Source of the DNA: Antechinus flavipes
Lineage: Eukaryota
DNA length: 64,000 nucleotides
Direction of reading: 5' to 3'
Assembly (NCBI RefSeq): GCF_016432865.1
Contig: NC_067401.1
Location: 185,752,001-185,816,000, forward strand
Under the pieces are notes generated by a model. The model made no database searches. It worked only from the letters and a program-made list of their open reading frames with translations, and was not told where the DNA came from. The number at the start of each line of letters is the position of its first letter. Within the stretch, counting starts at the first letter, position 1. Of this stretch, positions 12,525 through 22,719 are shown in pieces. A program made the translations under genes and the position numbers.

Positions 12525-12584
12525 TGGCCTGAAGTAACCCACACGGGATATATTTTTAGCTCCTGTCTTTGGAGCAGTCAAATG
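12525..12584 (-). promoter_or_regulatory. Conserved GLUT4 enhancer: E-box, MEF2 site and DR4 (TR/LXR) element
   Basis: Minus strand: CATTTG (12579-12584), CTAAAAATAT (12550-12559), GGGTTActtcAGGCCA (12525-12540). Same order as the known rodent/human MyoD-MEF2-TR module. Confidence 0.8.
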
Positions 12585-15029
12585 TCAGGTCCCGAGTGTA
12601 ACCCCTCGTCCCAAGTCTTGGAGGTGGCCAGGGTAGCGGGAATTTAAAGAGCCGTCACTGCTGCATGCTTCTCAAAGGAAGGAGGGGTTGAAGGGATATT
12701 AGCTCTTTCTCCGTTAATACAAGAGTTAGTCAGCCAGCCAATATTTAGTAAGAACCCAAATCTTTTGTATCTCCCTACTTGTATAGGGGGAAGTTCTGGT
12801 CCTGGAGTCAGTGGCCCTGAGATGCAGTTCTGCTTACTGCCTGAGTGATCTGGGCGAAAAAACAACCCTACTGGACCTTAGTTTCCTCAGCTGTAAAATG
12901 GCGGTGGCGAAATGTAGGTGGGGATAGGATGTTAGCAAGAGCCTCGGATATCCCTTTATAGCTCTAAGAAATATAATTTTATGATTCTTTCCATTTATGT
13001 TCCTCTTTGGATGTTACTTAGACCTCTCCCCTTCGGTTCCTTTCTTTCCGTGTTTGTCAGTTCTGTTGCTCCCTCTCCTTGTGTCGGTCACTCTCTAGGG
13101 CCCTTCCCCCAGGGGCAGCTGCTCGGAGGTGGTGGCCAGGGTAGGGCGGGCTGAAGAGTGAGAGGAGCAGGAGAGACAGGTGGCTGTGGTCAGCCATCAG
13201 GTCACCATCCCTTGGGAGACATCAGAGCTGCCCTACACGTGTCATGCAGACACTAAGGCCTGGAAAAGTAGAGACACTCGCGTTGACAGAAATAGGCACA
13301 AAAAGGGGGACAGTGACAGGGAGAAAAGATATTCAAACTGACTCAACTGATTGGTTCCTGCCTTTCCCTTCTGTTCTTCAAAAGTCACTGAACATTTAGT
13401 TTGGTAGTGGCTTCTCGGTGTGTGGATGAAGGAAAAGAGATATATCCCACTTGGGTCATCATAATCATGTCACAGGAGTATATCTAGCTGACTCCCTACA
13501 CTGATGGGGAGAGAGACAAGAGTTGGGAGAAGAGGAGTATGAGGTGGAGAATTTATCTCTAAAGATGGGGGGCAGGGGGAAAGAGAAGGAAATAATGGGG
13601 ACAGACGCAGCACTAGTGACATCTGGAGGGAAGATGAGGAACTGAATAAGGAATAAAGTCAGAAAGATTAGGGATTTTATTCCACATAGATTGGCCCCTT
13701 GAATTTTCTGTGTTTTCAGTTTTCTCATCTGTAAAATGTAAAAGGGAAACTAGATTGTCTGAAAGGTTTCTTCTAGTTTCGATATCCTTTGGGTCTAGAT
13801 TCATAATTCTGGTTATTCTACAATCTTGATATCTTTTGGGTTTAGATCTATAATTCTGGTTGTTCTACAACTGGTGGAGCAGTAGTAGCCTGTAAACCCT
13901 ATTCACTTGTTTTGGATCTTGTGGACTTTCTTGGATTATTGTGTGGAGCTTCTACCATCTGATTTTGTCTGTATAAAATGGCCTCTCCAGAGACACTCTC
14001 CCAACAGGGCCCAAAGTCCCCAGAGGGTTGAAATACTCCTGCTTGATTGACTGTTTTTTCCTAGAGATAGGAAATAGCAGATAGCTTTTACTGAAATGTA
14101 TTCAGTAAAGTAGGTGAGGACCATTGGAAAGAGAGAGAGGAAAGGAATGTTTATAGGGTTTCTAAGGAGTGGCCTTACTCCTCCTAAACATCCTCTTTCA
14201 TTCTCACTATCACCTCTAGTTCCTCTAGTCCATCACCTGTTTTCACATTCTTGACCTGCTAATTGTCCAGTTCAAATATCTTTCCTTCAATCCTTTTTCC
14301 ATTGTCCTGTCAACTTTTTGTTTCAAGCCCAATCCTGTGTTTACCCAATCATCATTCCTATTCCAGGGTTGCAGAATATTTCAGGAAGAAATAACATAAC
14401 TATGTTGATGGGAAGCTTTACAAATTTATATTATCTAGCTTCAGATGGGTACCCTTTTATCCTTCCTGAATTATTTCCCATCACACAGTGATGACAGTGA
14501 TTATACCTTCCATAGTCTTCTTAAACCCTATAAATATATAATAGGAGGAGTAAGGCCACTCCTCTTTTTTGGCTGAGAAAGAAGATGGAAATTGGGTTGA
14601 ATAATTTGGCTGTTCAGGGTGTTGCAGGATGTTATATGAAGAATGAAGCTGTAAATCAAGTACTGAATTTTTTGAAAAAGGGAAAGGTAACTTGGAAGCA
14701 GATAGTTGACTGCAGCTTGAATCTGGAGAGAGTGACATAGTGAACCCCAAAAAATAAAAAAAAAAGGGAGGTTAGTGATGGTGACTGAGGGAAGAGTTTA
14801 GACATGACATTTGCAAAGGTGGGTTGTAAAGTTGTACAAGGTGGCCAGGAATTCAGGGTCTTCTGGAAGAAGCCAGATTTCACTAGTGACAGGAAATGCA
14901 AAGAATGTAAGAAGATATTGAGGACAAATGGAAGCATATTAATGATAGGACAGGCAATACAAAGACTGCAGTGGAATAGGGAAGAAAAGGAAGATAAAGG
15001 CTGGAGTAGAGGCATGTGCAAAAATATTT

Positions 15030-16570
15030 GTAGCAGCTTTTTTTGGGGTAGCAAAGAATTGGAAAAAGAGTAGATGCCCAACTGAGGAATGGTTGAACAA
15101 ATCGTGGTATATGAAGGTAATGGAATATTGTTGTTTTTTTTTTTTTTTTTTTTTTCAGATATCAGGGAAATTTTATTAAAGGAGAATCTTAAAGAAACAC
15201 CCAATGGTTCTGGCCACAAGCAGGATATTCCCTTCTTCAAGAAAAGGGAACCCTGAGCATAGAAGTAAGAAGTAATGTAAAATAAGCCTTACATTTGTAA
15301 TTTGGCACAGTCCTCCCGTCAGAGAACAGATTGGTTCTTCCTTTCTAGGCTACAATACTTTTGATATACCCATTATATGTTTTCCCCTAAATATATATAA
15401 GCACGTCCCCCATCCCTTATCTTACATCCCATGTTCAAAAATGATGGAAAATTCCTCCTATGAGGTAGATTATTTTTTTAAATAACTTTTTATTGACAGA
15501 AGCCATGCCAGGGTAATTTTTTACAGCATTATCCCCTGCATTCATTTCTGTTCCGATTCCCCCCCTCCCTCCCTCTACCCCCTCCCCCAGATGGCAAGCA
15601 GTCCTTTACATGTTGAATAGGTTACAGTATATCCTAGATGCAATATATGTGTGCAGAACCGAACAGTTTTCTTATTGCACAGGGAGAATTGGATTCAGAA
15701 GGTATAAATAACCCGGGAAGAAAAACAAAAATGCAAGCAGTTTATATTCATTTCCCAGTGTTCTTTCTTTGGGTGTAGCTGCTTCTGTCCATCCTTGATC
15801 AGTTGGAACTGAATTAGCTCTCTTTATCGAAGCGATCTACTTCCATCAGAATACATCCTCAAACAGTATCGTTGTTGAGGTATATAATGATCTCCTGGTT
15901 CTGCTCATTTCACTTAGCATCAGTTCATGTAAGTCTCGCTAGTCCTCTCTGTATTCATCCTGCAGGTCATTCCTTACAGAACAATAATATTCCATAATGT
16001 TCATATATCACAATTTACTCAACCATTCTCCAATTGATGGGCATCCATTCATTTTCCAGCTTCTAGCCACTACAAACAGGGCTGCCACAAACATTTTGGC
16101 ACATACAGGTCCTTTTCTCTTCCTTAGTATCTCTTTGGGGTATAAGCCCAGTAGAAACACTGCTGGATCAAAGGGTATGCACAGTTTGATAACTTTCTGA
16201 GCATAGTTCCAAATTGCTCTCCAGAATGGCTGGATGTGTTCACTGGAATATTATTTTCTATAAAAAATGATGAACTTATGTTTGAGTGAAACAAGCAGAA
16301 CCAGGAATATACTGTACACAATAACACAAGAATATGGGATGATCAACTATGAAAGACTTGGTTCTTCTCAGTGGTTCAGTGATCTAAGGCAATTCCAATA
16401 GATTTTCCATAGAAAATGCCATCTGTATCCAGAAAAAGAACCATGGAGATTGAATGCAAATCAACACATTGCTATGTTCACTTCTTTTTTTCTGAGTTTT
16501 TTTTCCTCTCCCATGGTTTTTTCTCTTTGTTCTGATTTTTCTTTCCCAACATGTATATTAAAATTAATTA
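15030..16570 (+). mobile_element. Old L1 3' end fragment, split by a younger insertion (15030-15129 and 16244-16570)
   Basis: L1 ORF2 3'-end-like sequence (...AAATCGTGGTATATGAAGGTAATGGAATATT...) resumes after 16244. Confidence 0.75.
15134..16243 (-). mobile_element. 5'-truncated marsupial L1 (about 15473-16243) with a 3'-transduced segment and poly(A) tail
   Basis: 22-nt T run at 15134-15155; AATAAA (minus) at 15172-15177; L1 3' UTR/ORF2 end; flanking direct repeat TGGAATATT at 15121-15129 and 16244-16252. Confidence 0.8.
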
Positions 16571-17308
16571 CTTAAGTAAAAGAAGAATTAATTAAAAATT
16601 AATTATAATGTTTTATATTAATTAATATACAAATAAATATACAAGTCCTAGTTTAAAAGGACTAGGGTGCTGGATAGCTGAGTTATATGCTGATAAGAAA
16701 TGAAAAAGAGGTTTTATCTTATCATATGTGGACTCTGAATCACAGACATATGGGGGGGGGAGGGGAGAGGAATGATAATTAGCGCCTAACCTCTAGAGTT
16801 CTGTGATGATAAAGAGCAGCATCACTGTGTTCTTTCACTGTCAAACCAGGGAACAGGGTGGAGATGGTAAGAAGTATTGGAGTGAGTTCATAAATACCTG
16901 GTAATCAGTTGCCTCAAGGGCCTGAATATACAAAATACCAGTTGTTTGAAACTATATCCTGGATGAAATCTTAACAATGAGAGGCCTGGTATTGGAGCAC
17001 TTAATTCAATTCATCTGAGATGCTATTTTTCTCAACATATTTGATGGAATAGGATTGATTGTGTGATGCTTCTCCTTGTGGCAACAGGTCTAATGGCCAA
17101 AAGGCCTCCAAATTCAGTTTCTCAGAGGAGTTGTGTTGGAGTTCCCCTTGCTGTTAAAAGGAAAAGGTGCTGAGTCGTGGGCCCTGGTGTCCTTGGTAGC
17201 TTCCCCTAGTCAGGACATTCAGGGGTTACAAAGGGCTGAGATATTTTCTGAAATAGTCCTGGCTAGCGTATGGTCACTGTGAGACAACTATCAATCTGGT
17301 TTTTAGTG

Positions 17309-17462
17309 TTTTTTGTTTGTTTGTCTTGCTGAGGCAATTGGAGTTAAGGGACTTGCTCAGGGACACAGCTAGAAAGTGTTAAGTATCTGATGTCACATTT
17401 GAACTCGAGTCCTCCTGATTTTAAGGCTGGTGCTTTTCCCACTGTGCCACCTAGTTGCCTCC
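17309..17462 (-). mobile_element. WSINE1-like tRNA-derived marsupial SINE
   Basis: GAGGCAATTGGAGTTAAG...ACTGTGCCACCTAGTTGCC with a T-rich tail on the left. Confidence 0.85.
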
Positions 17463-17929
17463 TTTAGTAGTTATTGAAGAACAGAAAGTAAAAGACTCAG
17501 GGCTTCAGGGAAAGAAGAGACTCCTGTGGCAAATTTATGAGAAGAGTCACACTAGATGGGCAGACTTAGATGGATTGCAATTTACCTTTTTGGTTATGAT
17601 AAGGTCACAAATTTATTTGAATTTTTAATGTATATGGATGAGAAAAATGTATATGTATGGTTCCTGTATAGTGACTGGCAATAAAACAGAAAAATAAAGA
17701 GTAAAATATTCTATAGATCCCCTGAGAGGGAAAAAAAAGGGGAAGGGGAATCAAGACTAGAAGTTGGGTCAATCAGCTCCTAACAACAATCACCAGAGTG
17801 GTAACACAGGTCAAAGATAGTTTGATTATTCTGTGATAGTGATGGAGGTGGGAAACTTCTGTATGCAAAAAAAATTTTAAGATGTAGGCATCCACAATTA
17901 TAGGACAGGGATTTTGCATGTGGCATAGT

Positions 17930-18280
17930 GAGACATAAAGAAAAAGATCAGAAGACAAAAAACATAAAAAGTTAAGATTCAAAGGAATGGGAGAAAGTGA
18001 AGGATAAAGATCAGAATAGGAAGTGAGAAGAATAAATGAAGAGGGAAATGAATAATAAAGATGGAAGAGAAAATAAGAAGTTAAATAGAGTAAGAGAAGG
18101 AAAGATAGAGAAAGGAGGAAGAGATGATTTAGAGACAGGAAAAGAACAGAAATGGAAAAGGGAAATCATTAAGTTAAGAGATATCAAAAGAGATGGAAAA
18201 AGAAATAGAAGATGGAGGAGAGAGAAGAAAATTTAAAATAGTGAGATAGAAATGGAAAGAGTGATGGAAAATCATCTAGG
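17930..18280. repeat. GA-rich low-complexity purine tract
   Basis: Almost exclusively A/G on the plus strand. Confidence 0.8.
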
Positions 18281-18499
18281 GACTAGTAATATTGGAGTAA
18301 CTTTTGATGTGTTCTTTTTCCATATGTCATATATCCATTCAGTTGACAGGTTCTCTTGATTCTATCTTTAAAATCTCTTTACTTTTCTATCTGTCCTTTC
18401 CTCTCTGTACCAGACTCTATCTGTTTTTGCTTAGACTGTTATAATATTATAGCCTTATAATAATAAATCTCTATTTGATGTACCACTACAATCAGATCA

Positions 18500-19010
18500 T
18501 TCATTTTAAAAATAGCTTTTTATTTCCAAAATACATGCAAAGATAGTTTTAAACATTCACTCTTGCAAAACCTTGTGTTCCAAAATTTTTCCCCTCCATT
18601 CCTCACAACCCTCTCCCCTAGACAGCAAGTAATCCAATATATGTTAAACATGTGCAATTCTTCTATACATATTTCCACATTAATCATGCTGCATCAAGAA
18701 AAATCAGATCAAAAAGGAAAAATGAGAAAGAAAACACAAATAATAAAAAAGTGAAAATATTATGCTGTGATCCACATTTAGTCCCCAGTCTCCTTATTTT
18801 TATTTTTATTTTTTTAGTGTTTTTCTTTATTTTTTTTTTTTGTTAAAACTTTTTATTTACAGAACATATGCATGGGTAATTTTTCCAACATTGACCCTTG
18901 CAAAACCTTTTGTTCCAAATTTTCCCTTCCTTCCCCCAACCCCTCCCCTAGCTGGCAGGTAGTCCAATACATGTTAAATATGTTAAAATACATGTTAAAT
19001 CCAATATATT

Positions 19011-19076
<66 letters not shown>

Positions 19077-20225
19077 TCTTGCTGCACAAGAAAAATCAGA
19101 TCAAGAAGGGAGAAAAAGAAAAACTGAGGAAGAAAACAAAATGCAAGCAAATAACAGAGAGAGTGAGAATGCTATGTTGTGTTCCACATTCTGTTCCCAT
19201 GATTCTCTCTCTGAGTGTAGAAAGCTCTCTTCATCACTGAACAAATAGGACTTATTTGAATCATCTCATTGTTGAAGAGAGCCACATCTATCAGAATTGA
19301 TAATTGGATAGTCTTGTCGCTTTGTATAATGATCTCCTGGTTCTGCTCATTTCACTTCCCATCAGTTCAGATAAGTCTCTCCAGGCTTCTCTGAAATCAT
19401 CCTGCTGGTCGTTTCTTACAGAACAATAATATTCCATAGCATTCATATACCATAATTTATTCAGCAATTTCTGAATGATGGGCAATTGAATAATTTCCAG
19501 TTTCTTGCCACTAACACTGCCACAAACATTTTTGCACATGTTTCCCTCCTTTAAGATCTCTTTGGGATATAATCCCAGTAGAAACACTGCTGGATCAAAG
19601 GATATGCACAGTTTGATAATTTTTTGAGCATAGTTCCAAATTGCTCTCCAGAAGGGTTGGATCCAGTCACAGTTCCACCAACAATGTATTAGTGTCCCAG
19701 TTTTCCCATATCTCCTCCAATATTCATCATTATCTTTTCCTGTCATCTTAACCAATCTGACAAGTGTGTAGTAGTATCTCAGAGTTGTTTTAATTTGCAT
19801 TTCTCTGATCAATAGTGATTGGTATAGTCCCCTTTCTGGATTTAGATGGCTCTTTTTATCACAAATTTATTGCAATTGGTCTGAACCACCTCAGTGTTGA
19901 AAAGAGCCATCATCAGAGGTGAACATCATATAATCTTCTTGTTGCCAAGAATGTTCTCTTGGTTCAGCATGTATCTCCAGGCCTTTCTGAAATCATCTTG
20001 CTGATCATTTCTTATAGAACAATAATATTCCATAACATCCATACACCATAACTTATTCAGCCATTTCCCAATTGATGGGCATTTCCTGTTTCCAGTTCCT
20101 ACTACAAAAAGGGCTACTATACACATTTTTGCACATGTGGGATACAGACTCAATAGAGATACTGCTAGATCAAAGAGTATGCACAGTTTGCAGATCATTC
20201 TTTCATACCCCAAAGTTAGATGATT
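18500..20225 (-). mobile_element. Nested L1 3' ends: inner element about 18795-19824 inside an older one (18500-18790 and 19825-20225)
   Basis: ORF track shows L1 ORF2 C-terminal motifs (IREMQIKTTLRYY, GTLIHCWWNC, LNKLWYMNAMEYYCSVRND); direct repeat TAGTCCCC at 18779-18786 and 19825-19832. Confidence 0.85.
19015..19077. repeat. (TA)n microsatellite within L1
   Basis: About 30 TA units. Confidence 0.95.
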
Positions 20226-20619
20226 CTTCACTGAACAAGGAATAAAACAAACTCATTTTGACTTTGAAGTTTCTCAACAACAATCTTTACACTCTTCTCT
20301 TTACAGTTGATGTCCCTTATAGTGTATTTTCCCCATCGCCTAAATGGACTTTCATCATAAAGGAGTTGTTCAATTTGAAGAGATGTTTCTTTATGGCACA
20401 GCTCAGAAGTCATACCTCTAATGAAGTCTTTTTAGTTAAAAATTCCTCAAATTTCTCAGAAGATTTTATCTAGACCTTTCACTCATTTATTGTATTTTCC
20501 TTCTTATCATAATTATGTTGATGTCCCTCTATTTAATTATATTATACTTTCCTTGAGAGCACGTCTGTTTCATATTTATTTTTTTTATCTCCAGCAATGT
20601 GCTTAGGCACTTAATAGGT

Positions 20620-21140
20620 ACACGTTGAATTGAAAAGGAAATGAGAAGAGCGTAATGAGGAAGACAGGTATAAAAGGAAAGGAGACAGATGAGAGAGAAG
20701 GGAAGACAAAGGAAAAGAGTGAGATTTTTAGAAAGTGAGGATAGGAAGAAATCTGGAGAGATAAAAGATATGTAGATTAAGGAAACAATAGAAACAAGAA
20801 AAATAAACAATATAAAGGAGATTGAGATGGAGAAAGAATAAGCATTGGCATGATAATGGGGAAAGAGAAGGAGAGAGTTTGAGGGGAAAAACTAAATAGA
20901 GAATATAAAAGGAGAGTGATGGAATGAGATAAGGAATGAAGAGGAAAGAAGTGGAGGAAAACATGAAGATATAGAGAATTGAAGAGAGCTGCAGGACAAT
21001 GAACAAGAGATTTGGAAAGATGAGAAGGAAAAGATGGAGAGAAGGGGAGAAATATGAAATGGGGTAGAAATGCATATAGGGAAAGAAGTCAGGAAAAGAT
21101 GAGGGACACAGAAAGAAGTGGATGCAAGGGAGCACAACCA
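20620..21140. repeat. GA-rich low-complexity purine tract
   Basis: Strong purine bias on the plus strand; source of spurious S/F/L-rich minus-strand ORFs. Confidence 0.8.
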
Positions 21141-21189
21141 TAATTTGTTAAGCTATATTGTGCTTAATTGTGAGCAAAGGACTGTTACA

Positions 21190-21320
21190 AGGTACTAAGA
21201 GCTCTAAAAGGTAGAAAGAAACTCAAGAGACCATGTAGTCATGGATTGTCATGTGATTTACCCAAAGTCACACAAGTAGTAATGAGCAGAGATAGGATTT
21301 GAACCCCAGCCAGAGGCCAT
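21190..21320 (-). mobile_element. MIR-family (CORE) SINE fragment
   Basis: GTGATTTACCCAAAGTCACACAAGTAGTAA...GGATTTGAACCC core. Confidence 0.7.
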
Positions 21321-21739
21321 GCCTGTTTTTGCCACCAAGACACCAAGCCTTCCCCTTCCAAGCAAATTTGAGGTAAAACATGGTCTCTTCATATAATACA
21401 GAGCTTACACTAGGTAAGGGATAAAATGTGAGCATACTTATATTGTATAAGCATACTACACTTAAGAGCTTTTATATAATCAGTTATCATATATCTGCTG
21501 TTATAAAAAAGTCTGAGAGACAAGAGACAAAAATGCAGGGCTTTAGAACAGATTTACTTGCACTAGGAAGAGCTGGTTCATCTAAACCCATCTGTGTCTC
21601 CACAGGGTGGCACTAGGGACACCTATCTGTATCCAGGGACAATTTGCTTGGGTGCGGCTGAATTAAGAGCCAAATGACTGGGAGGAGGGAGATGAGGAAA
21701 GGGAAAAGAAAGAAGTCTAAACGGTGTGTAGAGGGACCT

Positions 21740-22085
21740 CAGGTGACTCAGAGAGAAAGTGGAAAGGAAAACCTTAGGTGACAAAAAGTCTTAGACCTCC
21801 CTTCCCTGAGGAACCTCAGAGACCTTCAGATCGTCCCCCCTTTCAGAAGCAAGTTCCCTTCAGAACTTCCAAGTCAGAGGTAGCAGATCCCAGGGTTCCA
21901 GACTCTGTACTCCACTGTCTTACCTGTGCAGGTGTGTGTATGGGGGACTTCCGGTCTAGATGACTGTCCCTTTCTGTGACGTCAAGTCACCTTCTCCAGT
22001 CCCTCCTGGCCACGCCCCTGTCCCTCGCCCCTTCCACTCCACCCCACCCCCAGGGTCGTATAAACAGGTGCTCAAGCTACACCTG
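21740..22085 (+). promoter_or_regulatory. Probable CLDN7 promoter: TATA box, CRE, KLF/Sp site, AP-1 site and an E-box cluster of the ZEB/Snail type
   Basis: CAGGTG at 21740, 21929 and 22065; CACCTG 22080; TACCTG 21921; TGACTCA 21744-21750; TGACGTCA 21977-21984; CCACGCCC 22010-22017; TATAAA 22059-22064. Confidence 0.65.
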
Positions 22086-22719
22086 TCCCCATCCCCGGGA
22101 GAGTTTAGCTGCCATTCTGGACTGGATTGTAGTCTGGCAGCATTTGGAACTGACCGAAGGCTGGGGCAGCTGTGAGAACAGCGCTTTTGGGGGCTTTCTT
22201 ACTGGCAGGGTGACCTGAACTAGCTACTCCAGTCGGAAGCTTTTAGAGACCCAGGGAGCACCCCTGCGTGTTGGCCCGATAGGTTTGCACACCTTTTGTT
22301 TGGGTAGGGTTAGTTGCAGCTCTAGAGAGCCCCAGAGGTCCCTAAAAACCAGGCATGGGCTTTGGGGCGTTTTGTCTTCTATCTTAGAGTACCTTCCCTT
22401 TTGTCTGACTCTGGGGTGGGGTGGGGGAGGTAGAGGAGCGGCAATCTCCTTTCTTTGTCTGCAGGTTCCTTCTCTCTAACTTCCCTGCTCACCTAGAGCA
22501 GAGCCCTCAGAGAGAAGCTCCTTCTGTTTACTGTAGGGTGTTCAAAAGAAGAAAATAATTAGAAAATTGTAAAGGCTGACCATAGAAGTAGTTTTTCAGG
22601 ATTTTCTCAGAAAACACCGCCAACTGGGGGGTGAATTGTATTTTTTGTAGAGTTGCTCCAAAGATTTTTTTTGTTGTTTATTTGTAGGCTCGGTTGTTTT
22701 TATTTTTGTTTTTGGGAGG

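Noticed and set aside
14656-15240. 194-aa minus-strand ORF upstream of SLC2A4
   Set aside because: It crosses a poly(T) tail and L1 fragment and has a low-complexity L/F/S composition.
16650-17300. Unique-looking intergenic stretch with a short TRPLIVKI peptide reminiscent of LINE ORF1
   Set aside because: Only about 8 residues with stops nearby; too weak to call.
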